Notes under the pieces: model-generated
What the model was told of the DNA's origin: nothing
The model's database searches: none
What the model saw: the letters and a program-made list of their open reading frames with translations, nothing else
Translations under genes and position numbers: made by a program
NCBI GenBank assembly: GCA_005887925.1
Contig: VBLP01000125.1
Location: 9,777 to 73,776 of the forward strand
Reading direction: 5' to 3'
DNA from: Deltaproteobacteria bacterium
Lineage (GTDB): Bacteria; Myxococcota_A; Polyangia; Haliangiales; Haliangiaceae
DNA length: 64,000 nt
In this document: positions 1 to 12,284 of the stretch, piece by piece
Position numbering within the stretch: position 1 is the stretch's first letter
How the letters are laid out: each line of letters begins with the position of its first letter

Positions 1-2
1 CG

Positions 3-1175
3 CTGCGCGACGCGGCGCCCACCGCGCTCGCCCCGCGCCTGATGAGCACCGACCAGAGCAACAGCAATGTGCTCTACGGCGAGCGCTTCCTGCTCAAGCT
101 GTTCCGCATGATCGAGGAGGGCCCGGGCGCCGAGCTCGAGGTCGGCCGGTTCCTCGGCGGCCGGCCCGACTATCGCGGCGTGCCGCGACTCGCCGGCGTG
201 CTCGAGTACCGCCAGCCCGAGCGCGAGCCGAGCACGCTCGGCCTGCTGTTCGAGTTCGTGCCCAACCAGGGCGACGCCTGGCATCTCGCGCTGGACGAGC
301 TCGATCGCTACTACGATCGCGTGCTGACCGACGAGCGCCACCCCGAGACCCCGCCGATCGAGCCGGCCACGCTGCTCGCTCGCGCGCGCGCGCCGCTGTC
401 CGATCGCGTCGTCGACTGGCTCGGCCCGTTCCTCGATCACGTGCGGCTGCTCGGCCGCCGCACCGCCGAGCTCCACCTCGAGCTCGCCGGCGCGACCGAC
501 GATCCGCTGTTCGCGCCCGAGCCGTCCGACATCATGCACCAGCAGTCGAGCTACGGCTCGGCGATCGCGTATGCCGCGCGCACCTTCGACCTGCTGCGCA
601 GCCGGCTCACCTCGCTCGGCCCCGACCAGCGCGCGCTCGCCGAGTCCGTGCTCGCCCGCGAGGCCGACCTCGATCGCGTGCTGTCGCGCCTGACCCGCCG
701 CCGGATCGACGTCGTCCGCACCCGCACCCACGGCGACTACCACCTCGGCCAGGTGCTGTGGACCGGCAACGACTTCGCGATCATCGACTTCGAGGGCGAG
801 CCCGGCCGCCCGCTGTCGCAGCGCCGGTTCAAGCGCAACCCGCTGCGCGACGTCGCCGGCATGCTGCAATCGCTGCGCTACGCCAGCATCGCCGAGCTGC
901 GCAGCGGCCGGCGCCGCCCCGAGGACCTCGCGCGCCTCGAGCCATGGGCCCGCGCGTGGTCGGCCTGGATGTCCGCCGCGCTGCTCGCCGGCTACCTCGA
1001 GCGCGCGCGCGGCTCGCGGATCGTGCCGGCGAGCGACGCCGACCTCGCCCTGCTGCTCGAGTTCTACCTCCTGGAGAAGTGCGTGTACGAGATCAGCTAC
1101 GAGCTCAACAACCGCCCCGACTGGCTCGAGATCCCGATGCGCGCGCTGCTCGACCTGCTCGCGGGGACGCCATGA
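3..1175 (+). CDS. pep2: Maltokinase (Pep2-type) domain, 5' end cut by the window edge; probably the C-terminal part of a TreS-Pep2 fusion
   Basis: ORF 42..1175, but the frame is open back to nt 3. SNSNVLYGERFLLKLFRMIEEGPGAELEVGRFL and HGDYHLGQVLWTGNDFAIIDFEGEP fit the kinase-like maltokinase family. The stop overlaps the glgB start (ATGA, 1172-1175). Confidence 0.8.
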   Translation: MRDAAPTALAPRLMSTDQSNSNVLYGERFLLKLFRMIEEGPGAELEVGRFLGGRPDYRGVPRLAGVLEYRQPEREPSTLGLLFEFVPNQGDAWHLALDELDRYYDRVLTDERHPETPPIEPATLLARARAPLSDRVVDWLGPFLDHVRLLGRRTAELHLELAGATDDPLFAPEPSDIMHQQSSYGSAIAYAARTFDLLRSRLTSLGPDQRALAESVLAREADLDRVLSRLTRRRIDVVRTRTHGDYHLGQVLWTGNDFAIIDFEGEPGRPLSQRRFKRNPLRDVAGMLQSLRYASIAELRSGRRRPEDLARLEPWARAWSAWMSAALLAGYLERARGSRIVPASDADLALLLEFYLLEKCVYEISYELNNRPDWLEIPMRALLDLLAGTP

Positions 1176-3085
1176 CCGCGCGGCCCGCCGCGCCCGCGCC
1201 CGCGCCCGATCCGCACGTGTTCGGCGAGCTCGACGCGCACCTGATGCGCGAGGGCACGCACCCCCGGTTGCACGACAAGCTCGGCGCGCATCCCGCGGCG
1301 CGCGGCACCTACTTCGCCGTGTGGGCCCCCAGCGCGCTCGCCGTCAGCGTGATCGGCGAGTTCAACCAGTGGACGCCGGGCGCCGATCCGCTGCGCGAGC
1401 TGCCCGGCACCGGCGGCGTGTGGACCGGCGTCGTCCCGGCCGCGACCCGCGGCGCGCTGTACAAGTACCACGTGCGGTCCCGGCTGCGCGGCTACGAGGT
1501 CGCCAAGGCCGATCCGTTCGCGATCCGCCACGAGTGCCCGCCCGGCACCGCGTCGGTCGTGTGGACCGCGGAGCACCCCTGGCGCGACGCCGCGTGGATG
1601 GCCGAGCGCGCCGCGCGATCGCGGCCCGACGCCCCGGTCGCGATCTACGAGGTCCACCTCGGCTCGTGGATGCGCGTCCCCGAGGACGGCAATCGCTCGC
1701 TGACCTACCGCGAGATCGCGCCCCGGCTCGTCGAGCACGTCACCCGCCTCGGCTTCACCCACGTCGAGCTGCTGCCGCTCACCGAGCATCCGTTCTTCGG
1801 CTCGTGGGGCTACGAGACCACCGGCTACTTCGCCGCCACCGCGCGCTACGGCACGCCCGACGACCTGATGGCGCTCGTCGATGCGTTCCACCAGGCCGGC
1901 GTCGCCGTGCTGCTCGACTGGGTGCCGGCCCACTTCCCGAGCGACGAGCACGGCCTGGCCTACTTCGACGGCACGCCGCTCTACGAGCACCCCGATCGCC
2001 GGCTCGGCTTTCACCCCGAGTGGAACACCTCGATCTTCGACTTCGGCCGACCCGAGGTCCGTAGCTTCCTGCTGTCCAGCGCCCTGTACTGGCTCGAGCA
2101 GTTCCACATCGACGGCCTGCGCGTCGACGGCGTCGCCTCGATGCTGTACCGCGACTACAGCCGCCGCCCCGGCGAGTGGATCCCCAACGCGCGCGGCGGC
2201 CGCGAGTACCTCGAGGCCGTCGAGCTCGTGCAGCGGCTCAACGCCGCGATCGCCCGCGAGCAGCCCGCCGCGATCACCGTCGCCGAGGAATCGACCGCAT
2301 GGCCCCACGTCACCGGGCCCATCGATCGCGGCGGCCTCGGCTTCTCCTACAAATGGGACATGGGCTGGATGCACGACACGCTCGCCTACCTCGGCCGCGA
2401 CCCCATCCATCGCAAGCACCACCACAACCAGCTCACGTTCCGCGGCCTCTACGCGTTCAGCGAGCGCTTCGTCCTGCCGCTGTCGCACGACGAGGTCGTC
2501 TACGGCAAGCGCTCGCTGCTTCGCCGCATGCCCGGCGACAGCTGGCAGCAGTTCGCCACGCTGCGCCTGCTCTATGCCTACCTGTACAGCCAGCCCGGCA
2601 AGAAGCTCCTGTTCATGGGCGGCGAGTTCGGCCAGGATCACGAGTGGAACCACGACGCCAGCCTCGACTGGCACCTGCTCGACGACCCGCCCCACCGCCA
2701 GCTCCAGCTCCTGGTCGGCGAGCTCAACCGGCTCTACCGCAGCGAGCCCGCCCTCCACCAGCTCGACTGCGAGCCCACCGGCTTCCACTGGCTCGACGCC
2801 GACGACGCCGAGCGCTCCGTCCTGGTCTACGAGCGCATCGCGCGCGACGGCCGGCGCATCGCCTGCGCCTTCAACTTCACCCCCGTCCCGCGCTTCAACT
2901 ACCCGATCGGCGTTCCCACCGCCGGCCTCTGGCGCGAGCTGCTCAACACCGACGCCGCCGACTTCGGCGGCTCCGGCCAGGGCAACTTCGGTGCCCTCGA
3001 CGCCGCCCCCGTCCGCGCCCATGGCCGCGAGCTCTCGCTCAACGCGACGATCCCGCCGCTCGGCGCCGTGTGGTTCCGGCAGTAG
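1172..3085 (+). CDS. glgB: 1,4-alpha-glucan branching enzyme (GH13)
   Basis: ORF 758..3085 trimmed to ATG 1172 (MTARPAAPAP...). Branching-enzyme signatures are DWVPAHFP, GLRVDGVASMLY, VAEESTAWP and LPLSHDEVVYGK. Confidence 0.92.
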   Translation: MTARPAAPAPAPDPHVFGELDAHLMREGTHPRLHDKLGAHPAARGTYFAVWAPSALAVSVIGEFNQWTPGADPLRELPGTGGVWTGVVPAATRGALYKYHVRSRLRGYEVAKADPFAIRHECPPGTASVVWTAEHPWRDAAWMAERAARSRPDAPVAIYEVHLGSWMRVPEDGNRSLTYREIAPRLVEHVTRLGFTHVELLPLTEHPFFGSWGYETTGYFAATARYGTPDDLMALVDAFHQAGVAVLLDWVPAHFPSDEHGLAYFDGTPLYEHPDRRLGFHPEWNTSIFDFGRPEVRSFLLSSALYWLEQFHIDGLRVDGVASMLYRDYSRRPGEWIPNARGGREYLEAVELVQRLNAAIAREQPAAITVAEESTAWPHVTGPIDRGGLGFSYKWDMGWMHDTLAYLGRDPIHRKHHHNQLTFRGLYAFSERFVLPLSHDEVVYGKRSLLRRMPGDSWQQFATLRLLYAYLYSQPGKKLLFMGGEFGQDHEWNHDASLDWHLLDDPPHRQLQLLVGELNRLYRSEPALHQLDCEPTGFHWLDADDAERSVLVYERIARDGRRIACAFNFTPVPRFNYPIGVPTAGLWRELLNTDAADFGGSGQGNFGALDAAPVRAHGRELSLNATIPPLGAVWFRQ

Positions 3086-3115
3086 CGAGTCGGCCTGTCA
3101 CGCGGCTCGGGGCGG

Positions 3116-5164
3116 CTACTGCGCGTCGAACACGTACTCGTGCTGGCCGTCGCGCAGGGTCAAGGTCGGCTTGCCCGCCGCCTCGCCGACGACGAACTCG
3201 AAGCCGGCGATGCCCGGATCGATGGTCTGGAACGTGACCGTGCCGTCCGGGTTCTTGAGCGTCGCGACCTCGCTGCGGAACTCGCCGAAGTCGAACACCG
3301 TCTTGCCGTCGCGGGCCACGACCTTGATCTCGCCGAGCGCGGCGTTGCGGTAGCCCCTGGCGAGCTTGGCGACGGCGGCCGGCTCGGGCGGCACGGTGAG
3401 CAGCTTGCGCACCGCCGTGTGCTGGGTGAAGAAGTTCTTCGCCGCCTGCGCCACGTTCTCGTCGGCCTCGGGCTTGCCGTCGTAGAGCACCTCGAGCAGC
3501 TTGCGCTGGAACTGGCCGCGGATGATCGGGCCGAGGTCGCCGTTGGTGAGCACCACCGCGCCGACGTTGGCCTCGGGGATCCACATCATGTCGCTGTGGA
3601 ACCCGATCAGGTCGCCGCCGTGGTGATAGACGGTGATGTCGTACTTGGTCTGGATGAACAGGCCCATGCCGTACGCCGCGTCGGCGCCGATCGCGACGCC
3701 CGGGGCGCGGCGCGCGAACAGCGCGTCCTTCGAGATGTACGGCTTGCCGCCGGGGAGCTTGCCCTCGGCGAGCTCCATCGCGAGGTACTTGAGCAGGTCG
3801 TCGACGTTGCTCCACGCCGCACCCGCCGGGCGGGCCGAGATCGCCGAGTAGTTCTCGTCCATCGCGTCGCGCGCCGGCTTGCCGTCGACGTTGATGCCGT
3901 GCGGCATCGCGTGGTTGCCGCGCAGCGCCTTTGCATAGTCGAACGTGGTCGCCTTCATGCCGAGCGGATCGAACACCAGCGTCTGCATCGCCTTGTCGTA
4001 GGCGGCGCCGAGCTCGAGCTTGGGATACAGCGCGTGACCTCCGGTGTAGCCCCCGGCCGCCGCCATCAGGTTCGAGTACTGGAACAGCTCGCCGAACTTC
4101 GAGGTCGGCATCATCGTGCCGAGCGTCTTCATCACCGACTCCGGCGTCGAGCCCTTCCACTCCATCAGCCACTCGAGGTCCTGGCGGGGCAGGCCGGTGC
4201 ACGCGCAGATCAGGTGCTTGACCAGCACCTGCTTGGTGATCTCCGCGCTGCCCAGCTTGAAGCTCGGCAGGATCGACGTCACCGGCTGGTCCCACGCGAT
4301 CCGCCTGGCGTCGACCAGCTTGGCGAGCATCAGCGTGGTCAGCGACTTGGTGTTCGACGCGATCATGAACAGCGTCTTGTCGTCGACCGTCTCGCTCTTG
4401 CCGAGCTCGCGCACGCCGATCCCGCCGGCCCACACGAGCTTTCCGTCCTGGATCACGCCGAACGACACGCCCGGCACGCCGGTCGCCTCCTCGGCATCGC
4501 GCACGAACTTCTTGAGCTGCTCGAGCTTGCCGGCGTCGATCTTGGCCGCGGTCTTGCCGCCGAACGACTCGCGCGAGTAGCCCTTGGGGTAGAAGTGGCT
4601 GAATACCTTGGCGAGCTGTCCGGCGCGCTTCTCGGCCGTCGCATCGGCGAAGTCGAAGATGACGACGCACCAGCGGCCATTCGCGAACCGCGTGCTCGCC
4701 CCGACGCCGCGCTTCTCGTTCGGCGAGGTCCGGTAGTTGTAGCTCTTGCCGCGGGTCCATCCGTCGCGGTCGGGTGTGTCGACGGTCGCGAGCAGCGGCC
4801 ACGTCACGTCGGGCTTGTACACCTTCCAGCCGGCGTCGCGCGCGGCGTCGTTCGAATCGGCGGAGACATCGATCACGGCGAGGTGCGAGTCGCCCTCCGG
4901 CGGACTGATCACGACCATCGCGGCGAACGTCTCGACCTTCCAGCCATCGGGCACGATGAACGTGTTGCCATCGAGATCGGCCGATGGCGTGTCGCCCGTC
5001 ATCACCTTGGCGACCGCAGCCCGCGCGGGCGCGGGCGCCGACGCCGGCGCCGGCGCCGGCTGGTCGGCAGCGACCGGCGCGGGCGCTGTCGCCGGCGGGG
5101 CCGCAGCCGGCTTGGGGGCCGAAGAACAGGCGACGAGCAACACCACGCACGCGAGGCCTCGCAT
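3116..5164 (-). CDS. Beta-lactamase-family serine hydrolase lipoprotein
   Basis: Lipobox at MRGLACVVLLVACSS. S-x-x-K motif in LFMIASNTKSLTTLMLAKL. Ordinary amino-acid composition, unlike the Arg-rich shadow ORF 3140..5668 on the other strand. Confidence 0.75.
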   Translation of the reverse strand: MRGLACVVLLVACSSAPKPAAAPPATAPAPVAADQPAPAPASAPAPARAAVAKVMTGDTPSADLDGNTFIVPDGWKVETFAAMVVISPPEGDSHLAVIDVSADSNDAARDAGWKVYKPDVTWPLLATVDTPDRDGWTRGKSYNYRTSPNEKRGVGASTRFANGRWCVVIFDFADATAEKRAGQLAKVFSHFYPKGYSRESFGGKTAAKIDAGKLEQLKKFVRDAEEATGVPGVSFGVIQDGKLVWAGGIGVRELGKSETVDDKTLFMIASNTKSLTTLMLAKLVDARRIAWDQPVTSILPSFKLGSAEITKQVLVKHLICACTGLPRQDLEWLMEWKGSTPESVMKTLGTMMPTSKFGELFQYSNLMAAAGGYTGGHALYPKLELGAAYDKAMQTLVFDPLGMKATTFDYAKALRGNHAMPHGINVDGKPARDAMDENYSAISARPAGAAWSNVDDLLKYLAMELAEGKLPGGKPYISKDALFARRAPGVAIGADAAYGMGLFIQTKYDITVYHHGGDLIGFHSDMMWIPEANVGAVVLTNGDLGPIIRGQFQRKLLEVLYDGKPEADENVAQAAKNFFTQHTAVRKLLTVPPEPAAVAKLARGYRNAALGEIKVVARDGKTVFDFGEFRSEVATLKNPDGTVTFQTIDPGIAGFEFVVGEAAGKPTLTLRDGQHEYVFDAQ

Positions 5165-5253
5165 GCATCCACCCTAGATCAGTTATCGCGCGCGATCGAC
5201 GCGCGACGCGCTGCGACAGCCGCGACAGCGCCTACCGAGGATCCGGACGGACG

Positions 5254-5287
5254 GCAACATGTTGCATCGCCGGAGCAACGTGCTTGC
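5254..5287. promoter_or_regulatory. Two adjacent palindromic sites in the divergent intergenic region (candidate operator)
   Basis: Perfect 12-bp palindrome GCAACATGTTGC (5254-5265), followed by the related imperfect GCAACGTGCTTGC (5275-5287). They lie between the lipoprotein start (5164, minus) and the kinase start (5473, plus). Confidence 0.2.
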
Positions 5288-5472
5288 CGTGGTGGATGTG
5301 CGCGAAAGCACGTGTCGCGAGGGGACCGCGATCAGTGCAAGAACGCCACGTCGTCAGGTGTTCGACGCTCGGACCGCGCCGTTCCGCCGGCGCGGCAGCA
5401 GCGGTGCAGCTGCCACAATATGCGGCGCCCGGCGGAACAGCCGCACCGGCTCGCGAGCATAGCGTGTTCGGA

Positions 5473-7383
5473 ATGCCCGACATCGATCCGCTCGCAGGCC
5501 TTTCGACCGGCAGCAGCACCGTGCACGACTCCACCGCGGGCGAGCAGTCGCACGGTGGCGTGCCGCCGCGGGTGCGCGCAACGGGCGCCATCGATCGCAG
5601 CTCGCCGGCACCCCAGTCATCGATCGACTTCCTCCAGCGCCGGCGGCTGTGGTGGTTGTGCTTCGTGATCCTGGCGCTGTGCGGAGGTTCGGCGCTGGCG
5701 ATCCGCGTGCTCGGTGGCTCGTTCGCGATCTGCTGCGTGTACGTCGCGGGCATGACCGGCGCGGCCGCCGCGTCGCTCTGGATGGGATGGATGGCGCGCC
5801 ACCGCCGCACGTCCGTCGCCGGCGCCGGCGTGGCGTGGTTCATCATCGCCGCCGCCGGTGTCGGCGGGGCCATACTGTACTACGGGGCATTCTCGCCGGC
5901 GGTCATGCTCGCGGTGCTCGCGGTGTTCTTCGTTGCGACGCGCGACGAGCTCGTCATCGCGCTCGCGGTCTATCTGACCGTTGCCGCTGTGCAGGCGGCA
6001 CTGGCGATCGCGATCATCGCCGGGGTCGGTCCGGAGCTCGGCGTATTCGCGCTGCGCGAGACCTCGCCCGGCAAGCTCGTGATCCTCGAGGTCCTGCTCC
6101 AGAGTGTCATCCTGGGGACGCTGATCGTCGGCTGTGCGGTGCGCAGCAGCATGGTCGGGACGATCCGGCAGCTCGAGCAACAGGCGCGCGAGCTCGGGCA
6201 TCACGAGCTGATGCTCGAGGACGCGCGGCGCGCCTTCGAGGCCTCGCTGCGCGCCGCCGGCGGCGGCCACTTCAGCCACCAGGTGTTTGGCGCTTACCGC
6301 CTGGGCCGGCTGCTCGGCGAGGGTGCGATGGGCGAGGTCTACGACGCGGTCGACACGCGCAACGGCGCCGACGCGGCCGTCAAGGTCCTCCGGCGCGAGG
6401 CGATGGGCGACCAGCGGCTCATCCGGCGCTTCTTGACCGAGGCGCGCATCGTGACCTCGCTCCAGAGCGAGCACATCGTGCGCGTCTTCGAGACCGCCGA
6501 TCCTGATGCGGTGTTGCCGTACATCGCCATGGAGCGGCTGCACGGCACCGATCTGCGCAACCACCTCAAGAGCCGGCACGATCGCCGGCTATCGCTCGCC
6601 GAGATCGACGATCTGCTGCGCCAGGTCGCGCGGGGGATCAACGCCGCGCACAGCGCCGGCATCGTCCATCGCGATCTCAAGCCGTCGAACCTGTTTCGCG
6701 ACAGCGCCGGCACCTGGAAGATCCTCGACTTCGGTGTCTCCAAGGTGGCCGGCGAGCGCACCGCGATCGGCGCCGTCGTCGGAACCCCGAGCTTCATGTC
6801 GCCCGAGCAGGTCGAGAGCAAGACCGTCGATGCGCGGACCGATATCTTCGCGCTCGGCGCGATCGTGTATCAGGCGCTCACCGGCAAGCTGGCGTTCCGC
6901 GGCAACACGCTCGCCGCGACCCTGCTGGAGGTCGTCCATGGCATACCGCTGCGCCCGAGCGAGATCGTACCAGGCCTCTGTCCAGAGATCGATCATGCGA
7001 TCATGACCGCGCTCGCCAAGGATCGGCGCGAGCGCTTCGCGACCGCCACCGCGTTCGCCGAGGCGTTCAGCCGCGGCGTGGCCACCCAGCGCGTCGCCGA
7101 CGAGGTGCGCCACGCCGAGCAGCGGCGGCGGCAGACCGCGGCTCGCCGCGCCGTGCTCAGGCACGAGGACATTCGCGGTGCCTCGGACGCCGCCGGGCCG
7201 GCGGTGGAGGCTGGCAACGGTGCAGGCACCGGCGGTGCTGGATCCTCCGACGAGCGCTCGACCGTGCTCGAGATACCGGCCGGCAGGCGCGGCGTGCCGG
7301 CGCTCTCGGTCGCTCACGCATGCGAGGCCGCGCCCCCAGATGCGGCCGGTGATGCGGCCGGTGACACGACCGACTGGTCATAG
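5473..7383 (+). CDS. Ser/Thr protein kinase with N-terminal polytopic membrane domain
   Basis: ORF 4984..7383 trimmed to ATG 5473 (MPDIDPLAG). Several hydrophobic helices come first ([14 protein letters not shown]..., [18 protein letters not shown]..., [12 protein letters not shown]...). Hanks kinase motifs follow: [32 protein letters not shown]. Confidence 0.85.
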   Translation: MPDIDPLAGLSTGSSTVHDSTAGEQSHGGVPPRVRATGAIDRSSPAPQSSIDFLQRRRLWWLCFVILALCGGSALAIRVLGGSFAICCVYVAGMTGAAAASLWMGWMARHRRTSVAGAGVAWFIIAAAGVGGAILYYGAFSPAVMLAVLAVFFVATRDELVIALAVYLTVAAVQAALAIAIIAGVGPELGVFALRETSPGKLVILEVLLQSVILGTLIVGCAVRSSMVGTIRQLEQQARELGHHELMLEDARRAFEASLRAAGGGHFSHQVFGAYRLGRLLGEGAMGEVYDAVDTRNGADAAVKVLRREAMGDQRLIRRFLTEARIVTSLQSEHIVRVFETADPDAVLPYIAMERLHGTDLRNHLKSRHDRRLSLAEIDDLLRQVARGINAAHSAGIVHRDLKPSNLFRDSAGTWKILDFGVSKVAGERTAIGAVVGTPSFMSPEQVESKTVDARTDIFALGAIVYQALTGKLAFRGNTLAATLLEVVHGIPLRPSEIVPGLCPEIDHAIMTALAKDRRERFATATAFAEAFSRGVATQRVADEVRHAEQRRRQTAARRAVLRHEDIRGASDAAGPAVEAGNGAGTGGAGSSDERSTVLEIPAGRRGVPALSVAHACEAAPPDAAGDAAGDTTDWS

Positions 7384-9237
7384 TGCGGGCGGCGCGGCCA
7401 GGGCGAGATCGATGGCGAGGGGGATGTCGAGGGCGGCGCCGCGGGCGAGCCGATCGCGGTGGAGGTCTTCGAAGTCGGCGGGCAGGCGGAGCGACCAGTT
7501 GGCGGGGTCGACGAGGCCGGGGACGTTGAAGCGCTCCTCGCAGCCGAACAGGTCGGCGAAGAAGATCGAGACGTTCTCGGCGCGCGAGACGAACAGCTCG
7601 GCGAGCATCGCCGAGGCGAAGAAGCCGGGGGTGGCGAGGCGCTCGGGGCGGGACAGCGCGAGGCGCGCGGCGAGGTGGCGAGCCCAGGCCTCGCGGTGGC
7701 CGGGCGACCAGGCGCGCAGCAGCGCGAAGATCGGCGTGGTGTCGTGGTTGCCGATCATGACCCAGTCGTGGGCCGCGACGTTCTCGGTGCGGTAGACGTC
7801 GCGCGGGTCGTCGAGCCGGGCCTTCTGGGTGACCCGCCAGCGGCCGAGCTGGTGGCGTCCGAGGACGGCCTCGAGCGGATGCGGCATGGTGCTGAGGACC
7901 TCGCAGCTGAGATCGGCGGGATCGCGGCCGTGGCGGCGCGCGCTGTCGAGGAGCACGTCGAACAGGACGGCGTAGCGGTCGACCTGCGCGGGATCGAGCG
8001 CGCGGACCCAGCCGTCGGCATGGCGCGGCTGGCTGCGGTCGAGCTGATCGGGGCGTGCGATCGCGAAGCGGGCGAGGGCGGGGTGGTCCGGGAGGTCGGG
8101 CGACTCGAACAGGCGCGCACCCTCGGCGACGGCGCGCTGCGGATCCGCGGCGCCGGCGGCGTAGACCCACGGGCAGATCAGGCCGTGCGGGTGATCGATG
8201 CGCAGGCTGTCGTACTCGGCGAACGCCTTGTCGGCGCGGGCGCGGACCAGCGCGCGGGCGTGGCCGGTGTACTGCGCGGGGTCGAGCACGGGATAGCCCC
8301 AGGGCTGGCCGTCGCCGTTGGTGCGGCTCGGCGGCGCGCCGAGGCGATAGCCGGGAAGGAACGCGGCGGCGTGGGCCCACGCGTCGGCGTCGGAGTAGCC
8401 GACGTGGAGGTCGCCGTACAGCGCGAGGCGGTGGCGCGCGGCCTCGCGGCGGACCCGCGCGTGCTCGTCGTGGACGAGCAGCTGGCCGAACGCGTAGCGC
8501 TCGATCGCGGCGGCGTGCTCGCGCATGTGCGCGGCGCGCTGCTCGAGCGTGGCGGCGTCGTCGGCGCACCACAGGTCGCGGTCGCGCGCCGGCCAGTCGC
8601 GGAACCCGGCGCCGCGATGCTCGACGCACAGCGCGGCGTGCAGGGCGTCGCGATCGAGCCAGGCGGCGTGCTCGGCGCGGAACCGGCGGAGTCGGTCGCC
8701 GAGGTCGGGCCGCGCGGGGAGCGCGGCGAACGCCGCGTCGATCAGCTGGTGATGGACCTCGTGGGCGCGGCGATGCTGCGCCGGCCCGCCGGGGTCGGCG
8801 AGCACGGCACGCGCGAGCGCGGGCTCGCCGATCAGGCCCTCGAAGGCGCCGCCGGGCCGGAACGAGCCGAGCGCGACGCCGCCGAGGTTGCGCGAGAAGA
8901 TCGTCGCGTCGTAGGGCGAGGGGTTGTCGTGCGAGGTCTGACCCTGCGGGCCGAGCTGGATCCCGGTGAAGCCGAGCGAGCGGGCGTAGGCAAACAGGCG
9001 TGCAGCGGCGCGGGTGGCGGGGCTGCCGCGACCGGTGTCCTCGTCGGCGTCGGCCGGAAAGCTGGCGTCGTGGATCGCGAGCAGCAGGCGCCGCACGCCG
9101 AGCCGCGCGAGGCCCTCGTCGATCGTGCCGGGCGGCGCCGGCGCGGCGATCGAACCCGGCGAGAGCAACGCGGTCATCCGATCATCGTTAGCACGAACGC
9201 GAGACGTGATGCGGCGCACGACGTCGGGGCCAGGCAT
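7378..9237 (-). CDS. malQ: 4-alpha-glucanotransferase (amylomaltase, GH77)
   Basis: [24 protein letters not shown] and [12 protein letters not shown] are GH77-type motifs. A more likely start is ATG 9177 (MTALLSPG). The 3' end overlaps the kinase stop by 6 nt, convergently. Confidence 0.85.
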   Translation of the reverse strand: MPGPDVVRRITSRVRANDDRMTALLSPGSIAAPAPPGTIDEGLARLGVRRLLLAIHDASFPADADEDTGRGSPATRAAARLFAYARSLGFTGIQLGPQGQTSHDNPSPYDATIFSRNLGGVALGSFRPGGAFEGLIGEPALARAVLADPGGPAQHRRAHEVHHQLIDAAFAALPARPDLGDRLRRFRAEHAAWLDRDALHAALCVEHRGAGFRDWPARDRDLWCADDAATLEQRAAHMREHAAAIERYAFGQLLVHDEHARVRREAARHRLALYGDLHVGYSDADAWAHAAAFLPGYRLGAPPSRTNGDGQPWGYPVLDPAQYTGHARALVRARADKAFAEYDSLRIDHPHGLICPWVYAAGAADPQRAVAEGARLFESPDLPDHPALARFAIARPDQLDRSQPRHADGWVRALDPAQVDRYAVLFDVLLDSARRHGRDPADLSCEVLSTMPHPLEAVLGRHQLGRWRVTQKARLDDPRDVYRTENVAAHDWVMIGNHDTTPIFALLRAWSPGHREAWARHLAARLALSRPERLATPGFFASAMLAELFVSRAENVSIFFADLFGCEERFNVPGLVDPANWSLRLPADFEDLHRDRLARGAALDIPLAIDLALAAPPAL

Positions 9238-9473
9238 GCGTCGTGGCGAAGCCGATCGACGCGGCTCGAGTCGGCCTACGTCTGCAGATCACGTCCAGCG
9301 CCGCACCTCCACGCCGCCGCGCAGTGCGCACCTTTCGTGATCGGGAATTGCCCACACTGCACACCGAAACGTTTTATCGCCGATCGTCCTCTAACGATCG
9401 AACGCGCTGTCGTGCGGGGGAATCCGCGCGCGCGGCGCCCATGCATGTCGAGTGGTGCTCGACGGAGGATACG

Positions 9474-10826
9474 ATGCGATCAACGGACTACGTATGCGCA
9501 GTCTTGTGTCTGGGTGTGGTGAGTTGCACGACCGGCGACGGCAATGGCAGGCGCGACGAGGCGGCGACACAGCTCGCCATCGACAGCACCGACACGGCCG
9601 ATCCGGTCAAGGCGTTCGCGAGCGCGCAGATCGATGCGGGCCGCCGGACGTTCCGGTTCGAGACGTTCGGCGACGAGGCATTCTGGGGCGATACGCTGCA
9701 GCTCCATCGCGCGATCGCGGGTGCGGCGAACGGCGGCGTGGGTGGCGGTGTCAGTCCGCGGACGGCGCTCGCGGTCGGCCTCAGGGTCGATGTCGACGCA
9801 CTGTCGCGCGACCTGCGCGACGCGCTATCGCATGGCCAGGTCAACCTCGACGATCCGGCGTCGACGCTGGTGCTGCTCCGCGCCAACGCGGTGGTCGGCG
9901 TCACCGGCGTGTTCGACCACAGCGGCAAGCTGTCGTCGATGGGCATCCAGTGTGCGCTGTGCCATTCGACGGTCGATAACTCGTTCGCGCCGGGGATCGG
10001 CCACCGGCTCGACGGCTGGGCCAACCGCGATCTCGATGTCGGCACGATCGTCTCGCTCGCTCCGGATCTGTCGGCGGTCGCGGGCCTGCTCGGGGTCGAT
10101 CAGGACACGGTGCGCGCCGTGATCACGCAGTGGGGGCCGGGCCGGTTCGATGCCGAGCTGTTCATGGATGGCAAGGCGGTGGGCCCCGACGGTCGCCCAC
10201 ATCCCACCTTGATCCCGCCGGCGTACGGGCTCGGCGGCGTCAACCTCCACACCTGGACCGGGTGGGGCGGGGTGAGCCACTGGAACGCGTTCGTCGCCAA
10301 CCTCGAGATGCACGGCAAGGGCAACTTCTACGATCCGCGGCTCGATGACGCGGTGCGGTTCCCGATCGCGGCCGCCAACCGCTTCGGGCACGTCTCGACG
10401 CCGCCGGACCAGGACCGGATCACGCCGCGGCTCGCCGCGCTCCAGCTCTACCAGCTCGCGCTTGCCCCGCCGGTGCCGTCGGCGGGCAGCTTCGACGCCA
10501 CGGCGGCCGCGCGCGGCAAGGCGCTGTTCGCCGGCAAGGCGCGCTGTGCGGGCTGCCACGTGCCGCCGCTCTACACCGAGCCGGGCTGGAACATGCACAC
10601 CGCGGCCGAGATCGGCATCGACGACTTCCAGTCGGCGCGCGCGCCGGATCAGCGCTACCGGACGAGCCCCCTGCGCGGCCTGTTCGCCCACGCCAAGGGC
10701 GGCTACTACCACGACGGCCGGTACGCGACGCCGCTCGACGTGGTCGCGCACTACAACACCGCGTTCGCGCTCGGCCTCACCGACGGCGAGGCCGCCGATC
10801 TCGTCGAGTTTCTGAAGTCGCTGTGA
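9474..10826 (+). CDS. Di-haem cytochrome c family lipoprotein (CCP/MauG-like enzyme)
   Basis: ORF 9243..10826 trimmed to ATG 9474, which is preceded by GGAGGA. The signal/lipobox is VLCLGVVSCTT. There are two CxxCH haem motifs (CALCHS, CAGCHV). Confidence 0.7.
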   Translation: MRSTDYVCAVLCLGVVSCTTGDGNGRRDEAATQLAIDSTDTADPVKAFASAQIDAGRRTFRFETFGDEAFWGDTLQLHRAIAGAANGGVGGGVSPRTALAVGLRVDVDALSRDLRDALSHGQVNLDDPASTLVLLRANAVVGVTGVFDHSGKLSSMGIQCALCHSTVDNSFAPGIGHRLDGWANRDLDVGTIVSLAPDLSAVAGLLGVDQDTVRAVITQWGPGRFDAELFMDGKAVGPDGRPHPTLIPPAYGLGGVNLHTWTGWGGVSHWNAFVANLEMHGKGNFYDPRLDDAVRFPIAAANRFGHVSTPPDQDRITPRLAALQLYQLALAPPVPSAGSFDATAAARGKALFAGKARCAGCHVPPLYTEPGWNMHTAAEIGIDDFQSARAPDQRYRTSPLRGLFAHAKGGYYHDGRYATPLDVVAHYNTAFALGLTDGEAADLVEFLKSL

Positions 10827-10850
10827 CGGTGCGCGCCGCGCGCTCGCGGA

Positions 10851-12280
<1,430 letters not shown>

Positions 12281-12284
12281 GGCG

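Noticed and set aside
1097-3022. Long antisense or alternative-frame ORFs throughout the window. Examples are 1097..3022-, 3039..5168-, 3140..5668+, 7157..8629-, 7459..9522+, 17889..19463-, 21414..23270-, 33458..36979-, 41442..43787-, 43791..46574-, 51241..53016-, 55767..57548- and the 5' part of 59747..62788+.
   Set aside because: Their translations are dominated by Arg, Ala, Pro and Gly runs with no motifs. Each lies opposite, or out of frame with, an ORF that has clear family signatures. Such shadow ORFs are expected in about 70% GC DNA.
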